Positions 58,011 through 64,000 of a stretch of DNA of 64,000 bases are shown in pieces. How positions within the stretch are numbered: position 1 is the first letter of the stretch; each line of letters starts with the position of its first letter. The position numbers and the translations under genes were made by a program. A model generated the notes under the pieces. It made no database searches, was not told where the DNA came from, and saw only the letters and a program-made list of their open reading frames with translations. The stretch covers positions 19,902,001 to 19,966,000 of the forward strand of contig JBHGNT010000009.1 of assembly GCA_043228905.1 (NCBI GenBank). Reading direction: 5' to 3'. Origin of the DNA: Azolla caroliniana. Taxonomy: Eukaryota > Plantae > Polypodiophyta.

Positions 58011-61000
58011 TGTCGAGGAAATCCTTGTGTTCGTGAAATGAAGTGGGATCGTCGAGGTCTTGGATCGGAAGGACACAATGTTTTTATTAGCGTAACGAGA
58101 AAGCATGTAAGATAGAGAGAGATGAAAATTTGAAATTTGTTATAGTTGATAAGAGGAAGGATAAGAAGAAGATATTGAAGAAGATTACGGAAAAAATATT
58201 ATTATTATTATGGTTTTGAACCCTCAACTTCAATTTTGAGAGACAAGACACTTTACCAATGAGATAAGTAAGATTTTTATTATTAATTTCTTGATTCAGT
58301 ATAATCCATGATATCCATTTGGCACTCATGCATTATATGTTATGCATGATAACCATCTCGCTCATTTGAGCTCTCGTGTATGAATATTTACATGTCATAA
58401 CTGGAATAATAAACATAGTTTTGAAAAAAAAAGTTTAGTTTCGTGGTATGTACTTCCTACTTGGTGCAAAAGGTTGTCGGTTTAAGTCTCTCAATGTCAC
58501 TTAGTTTAATGCTTGAGTTTTTTTTTTATATCATAAAACAATTCCTTCACGACACCCACGATAACGTGAAATCACTACTCTTTGTCATTTTCTCCTAATG
58601 TACCATATTTAACACAACATCCACCCCCACCAAACCTGCACATCAACCGGTATGTGCCAATGTTGGTAGGGTTTCTTGTCATTCCTCATCTTCGTTGATG
58701 TTTAGTAACTCTATGCAAACACTTTCCACTCCTCTTTTCTTAAAGATTTTAACTCTTCGGGCGAGTGAATGTTTTTTATCGAAAGCTTCTTTGTTCTTTA
58801 GTCGAGCTTTCTTTACACGGCTGATTGCCATTTCAACATCTTCAGGCCTTTGCTCCAATTGTCAGATCCTTGTGGCTAGCAAATCTTCTCTACTCATTCC
58901 ATCTTCCCACGGTAAAGCAACCCATGAAATGATGTTTTGCTCTATTGGCATAATAGGTTTCTGACCCATAATGAGCTATGTTGGTATATTTTGGAAGCAG
59001 GGGAATGGGAACAATCAATTGTGTCCTTGACATAATTAATTAGCTATGAAAAAAGTTGCATGTGATTTGCATATTTTGGCAATTTTAGGGATTATTAAAA
59101 TGTGTTTTCAAATAAAGACCAACAAAAATGTGGACCATAAATGGTAATATTTCCATCCCCATAATAAATATTAATATGTATATTTATGATTTTCCCACTA
59201 AAAACTAGCTATAAATAAACTACTTAGTTGTGGTCATTTTAGCTACATGTTAGCTATAATAGTGTTTCCATTCACATGCTTTTACCTTAAACCTAGTGAC
59301 GGTGTTGTGTGTTGTCCTATCATCCCACAATGCATATGGTAGCAATCTAGGCCATTAGCTTAGCTTCCCAGCACAAGACAAGTTTACGAATGCCTTCACA
59401 ATAGGTCGGCGACCCCGTTCTACTTTCCCATTCGCCTCTGGGTTGTAAGCCGTAATAAGTGATAGCTTGACCCCAATCCTTGAAAAGAACTCTTTGGATT
59501 CATTAGCATCCAACTCGCCTCTATCTACTACTATCTTCCCGACACATTCATATCTACATATGACATCTTCTAGAAGAAATTGACATATTGTCGACATCGT
59601 TTTATTTCTCAATGCTCAACCCACCACTTGGTTTGTGAGATCCTCTCTTGCTAACACAAGGCTAATAGCATCACTACAATGTCTACCATCCATTTGTAGT
59701 GTACCGATAACGGATAGGTGGGGTGAAGCTCATCTCTGTGGCAAATATTCGAGTAAATCTAACATTCTTTGCATGTCTCAACATAACTTGCCACATCTTT
59801 GTAGAATCTTGGCCAACAATACCTTTCTTTTAACTTTGTGAAAGTCGCCTATATTCCTCGATGCCCTACCCAAGCACTATCATGGAACTCGGTTATAAGT
59901 GTTTGTTGCTCTTCTTTCCATTTCTTTGGGTGCTTCCAAAGGTATCCATCTTTAAGAAAGTATTTGCTTTCTTCCGGATTTCAAGGAAATCCTCATCCGT
60001 CCATGATTTATCCTTTTTCAAGGAGCTTAGGTATTTGCCGATTTCTATGAACTCCCTTTTATAATCTTCCTCTTTGAAAGTTGTCAATATTTGAGCACAA
60101 AAAGTTGTGCAGAAGTCCAAGCCAATATCTTCTTCATTGGATCTGGATTTTGGAGTCTTCCTCATTTTCATATCTTGCTCGTGACAACATATCCACCACC
60201 ACATTATACTTTCCTACTACAAGCCATATTTCTGGATTAGGTGACTTGAATACACAATCCATCGCAACATAGCAATGTCAAAAGTGGCGCAACTGGAAAT
60301 CATACCAAGTATGGGAAGGCAATATGTCTCAATTATGACCTCCATTCCAATAAGGTAATCGCGGTCGGCTTTCATAGCAGATACGATTCCCCACACCTCC
60401 CTCTTTACTTGAACGTACTTCCTTTGTCTGCCGCTCAACACCTTCACACCAAATCGAATTGCATATCAATTCTTTTCTTTGTCTTCTTGATTGATAACCC
60501 ATCCGATTTCGGTTGGGCTCGTATCCATAGTCACATAAATCGGTTTTCCTTCGGTATAGTCAGCATTTCATAGTGCCTGAGCTTCAAGTAGTAATTTCTT
60601 CAATATTCATATCGCATTTGTATGCTCCTCTTGCCATTCAAACTTCTTCCTTTTTTTCAACAAACCATATAATGGCTGGACGACATGAGCGTAGTGCAGA
60701 ATCCATATATAATAAAAAGCACATGCTCCCAAGAGTCTTCACACCTCTATCTGGGATATACATTCTTCCTTCATCTCTTGGATAGCATCCACTCTGGTTA
60801 GACGGTTTCCAGCCATATGCTCCACACAAGTGTCCTACTACCAATACTTCTGGTTGCCCAAATGCGGACTTCTCTCCCGAAAGCATGAGGTTTGCACCTT
60901 CTAGTTTCTACAATACCTTCTCACAATCTTTAATGTGGTCTATCACAAATCTTCAACACCTCATTCTTTGATTCATCTTTTTCTTCTTCCAAAGAAACCT

Positions 61001-61130
61001 TGATTGGTATGTCATCCAAAATTGGCATCATTATCTCAGGAATGCAATCTCTTAGTACTTTATTCATTGCATTTACCATGTATGCTACAGAATTGGTTGC
61101 ACCTTGGTAAGGTACACATTTCTACCATTC
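58011..61130 (-). mobile_element. Gypsy 3' remnant: decayed RT-RNase H-integrase, PPT and 3' LTR (~58011-58619)
   Basis: ILDDIPIK; LSGEKSAFG; QVKREVWGIVSAMKADRDYL; VDRGEL...YNPEANGKVERG; PPT 58620-58631 next to ...ACAACA. Confidence 0.87.
58991..59288 (-). mobile_element. ~300 bp non-autonomous derivative of the 4425/41960 DNA-transposon family, inserted in the gypsy integrase
   Basis: 59182-59288 is the reverse complement of 4425-4530; it splits the integrase motif DRTTHNTVT...IPT*LIMGQKPIMPIE. Confidence 0.75.
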
Positions 61131-62453
61131 GAAGCTTTCCATTAAACCTTCATTCTATTTCCATTGCTATCTAGTTGAGCCGGTCGTGTCTACGAGCTTC
61201 CGCATGCTATTCTTTAGCGGAACAAATGACGACCAACAATAGAAAGAACCCACGGCTCTTATACCAACTATTGGAGACGTGGTCGTCAATGGTAAACTAA
61301 ATCACAACATTGTATATTGAAAGAACACGTTGTTATCCTACTTCTCACATTCCTAGACACAATATTTTTATCGAACCTTTAGTTTAGAGTCCAGCAAAAT
61401 CCTCAAGAATAGCTTCTCAATTTATCAATATAAATAATTTTCTTCTTGGTGGTTCCCCTACTCCTAGTGTTGTGGAGGCATCCCTCCTTGATTTGCGATC
61501 TTACATGTTACATTCTACCAACATCTTAACCCAATGTTCAAAGTCATTCTTCCTTGATTTGTGATATTCCTTCTACCAACATCTTACATGTTTCGTATTA
61601 TCTTTTGACTTTAGTAGGCTTTTTCATAATACCAAACAAAAGAAAAGCTACTTTAAATAGGCTTTTTCATAATACCAAACAAAAGAAAAGTGCTTCTAAG
61701 TACTACCAAACAAATTTTCCTTTGGGTATAAGATAGAACCAAATAACATTGTTAAACAAAGGCCTCCTCAAGACATTTCATTGAAGTATTTAAATAGATT
61801 CGTTAACATCAAATCTCATTCAAACCCACTCATTGGCTTTACTCAGCACATCAAATCGGAACTACAAAGCCAAATTTAGAATATGCTCCTACATTGTGTC
61901 ATGTCAATGTGTACAGGGTTATATTAATGAAGTGGAAACAAATGAAGTTTTTATGTCAATATAATGAAGCACAGGGTTATATTAATGAAGTGGAAACAAA
62001 TGAAGTTTTTATGTCAATATAATGAAGCACAGTGGGCTACTTTTGGAAGTAGGGAATTTAAAATTTTAAAAACTCAAAAGGATGGAACTTTTCATGATTT
62101 GGGAATTAGATCACACGATCATCCATGGCGAAACTAACAATCCTATCGATTCATACAATTTGCATTTCAAATTGTAAAAACGCGACTCGAAAAGTTCATG
62201 TGAAAACTCTCAAAAGATAACTTTTCAAGATTTGGAAATTAGATTAGAACTCATAGAGCTAGAACAATCCTACCATTAAGGAAGTCATCTCACATTTGAA
62301 TAATATACAATTTAGAGTCAATACCAACATTTGAGAACTTAGGATGAACCAATGAATAACACAAAACATATGAAACATTAAAAACTCGAATTTTTTATTT
62401 ATTCACAAGTACAAAGCTCAAAATGTAGGCCGTTCCACAATTATTTCCTTAAG

Positions 62454-64000
62454 CTACATCACAAAGGAAAGTGCTTGTTCCCACCAATAACGCTCGTCCT
62501 TTGTAGAGTAGGATTGTGGATATCGACGACGACGATGCTCTTCATATTTATCATGCTTTCCTCGAGAAGTATGTTGTCGAGATCTTGACGATGATGTAGA
62601 TTGTTCTTTTGTAGGAGGAAAGATGATCTCTTCGTCTCTACCCAATTCTTGTATGGTGGATCGATCCACATTGAAGGCTTCTGCTAGAACTTGTATTGGG
62701 ATGCCATGATATACTGAGTTGCGACCCGCAAGGAATGAAATCGAAGGCCTATGAAGATTGCAATAATATCAAGTTATAACAATTAAGGGAAAAAACAATG
62801 TATTGCTTGTGTGAAATATCTAAATGTAAGTATAAACTTTGGAAACAACCAAGAAATCATATAGCCAAGGAAAATTGCAATAATATCAATAACTAAAAAA
62901 AAGAACAATGTATTGCTTGTGTGAAATATCTAATAAAAAAGAACAATGTATTGCTTGTGTGAAATATCTAATATCTAATATCTAAATTTCTGTAGTATTT
63001 TTAAGTATAAACTTTGGAAACAAACAAGAAATCATAGCCTACGAAGATTGCAATAATATCAATAACAATTAAGAAAAAAAAACGGATTGCTTGTGTGAAG
63101 AGTCTATCTAAATCACTAGAGCTTTGGAAACAAACAAACAAGAAATCATACAAGTTCTACATACCTATGTGATGTTACAAAGCCAACCATCTCCAGCCCT
63201 TTGTTGCCGGCCACCTTCATCGAGGGGAAGAATTGGGGGATGAGTATGAATGAGCCTCGGCTCACCTCCTCATCGAACACCCTCCGTCCATCACCGTTGG
63301 ATACTTGAATCCGTCCACTTCCACGAGTTATGTAGATAAGCTGGTGAGCATTACTAGAGAATCCCGGAGCCACCATAGCATTCTAGCAAAATACAAGAAA
63401 CCCAAGGATAAACATGCAAAAAGACACTTGTCACAAGCCTAAATGAGTATAGATGCTCTTGGCCCTTAAAAAACACTTTTTACCTCTTGAAGAGAGACTC
63501 TTCCCACACTAAATCCAACATGGTGAAGTGCAGGCAACTTCTGGGAGGTAGTGATGCTCATGAAGCCGCCATTCTCAACGAAGATGTCCGGTTGAGATAT
63601 TGGAGTGTATTGAAGCTCCTCGAAGATGTTTGAGGTCGAACGAGAAGTTGTCTCAGGGAAGCGTATAGGGCGTCGCACACGAATGATGCCAACCTCCTTT
63701 TGGCTATCAAGAAGAGACTCGATTGTGCCTTCATCAACCCCCCAAGCAATGGCTAGGGCCTTGTGACTGAAACCATGAAGGAAGGATCCGAAGCGACGTT
63801 GTTGACCACCGGCGAGTAAAAATTGCTACAAGCACATCGGAACAACAACATAGTATGTTTAGACATCTATGTAGAGAAGATATATAAAGAAATGGAGCCC
63901 TTCTTTTACACTTACATTGTAGTGACTATGATGAGATCCAAGGCTAGACATGTCACCGGCACACAAGACGCGAAGCACCTCATTCCCACCATTATACCAC
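62454..64000 (-). CDS. Second 11S/legumin-like bicupin paralog, 5' end beyond the window; exons >64000-63916, 63825-63484, 63382-63165, 62748-62454
   Basis: Highly similar to 54135-55580, with the same intron positions and exon 3 and 4 lengths. Confidence 0.93.

Overview
Eukaryotic, TE-dense window from a land plant. A seed-free lineage (moss, lycophyte or fern) is inferred from the TE families and gene style, not proven. Positions 1-45.5 kb are a nest of transposons: a Ty1/copia 5' half, two complete Ty3/gypsy elements (4857-17826, decayed; 19592-30185, very young, near-identical LTRs, AATAA TSD), a solo LTR, an internally deleted gypsy and several fragments. Removing the two gypsy insertions reveals the main object, a decayed ~9-11 kb DNA transposon starting near 4425. 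It carries (i) a Sola-like (DUF7869-type, GHTHxxID) DDE transposase, (ii) a divergently oriented, spliceosomal-intron-containing gene fusing a ParB-like domain to a prokaryote/phage-type beta-class N6A/N4C DNA methyltransferase (DIPY ... KP ... LDLFFGTG), (iii) a RING-H2 gene, and (iv) two palindrome arrays. A second, inverted copy of its RING-bearing end lies at 39319-41960 and a miniature derivative at ~59.0-59.3 kb. The young gypsy has a tRNA-Arg 3'-end match where its polypurine tract should be, and the older gypsy has a second aspartic protease after integrase. Host genes are a 4-exon BEL1-like homeobox gene (49394-52231, +) and two tandem 11S/legumin-like bicupin genes (-). All calls come from reading motifs by eye; no database searches were run.
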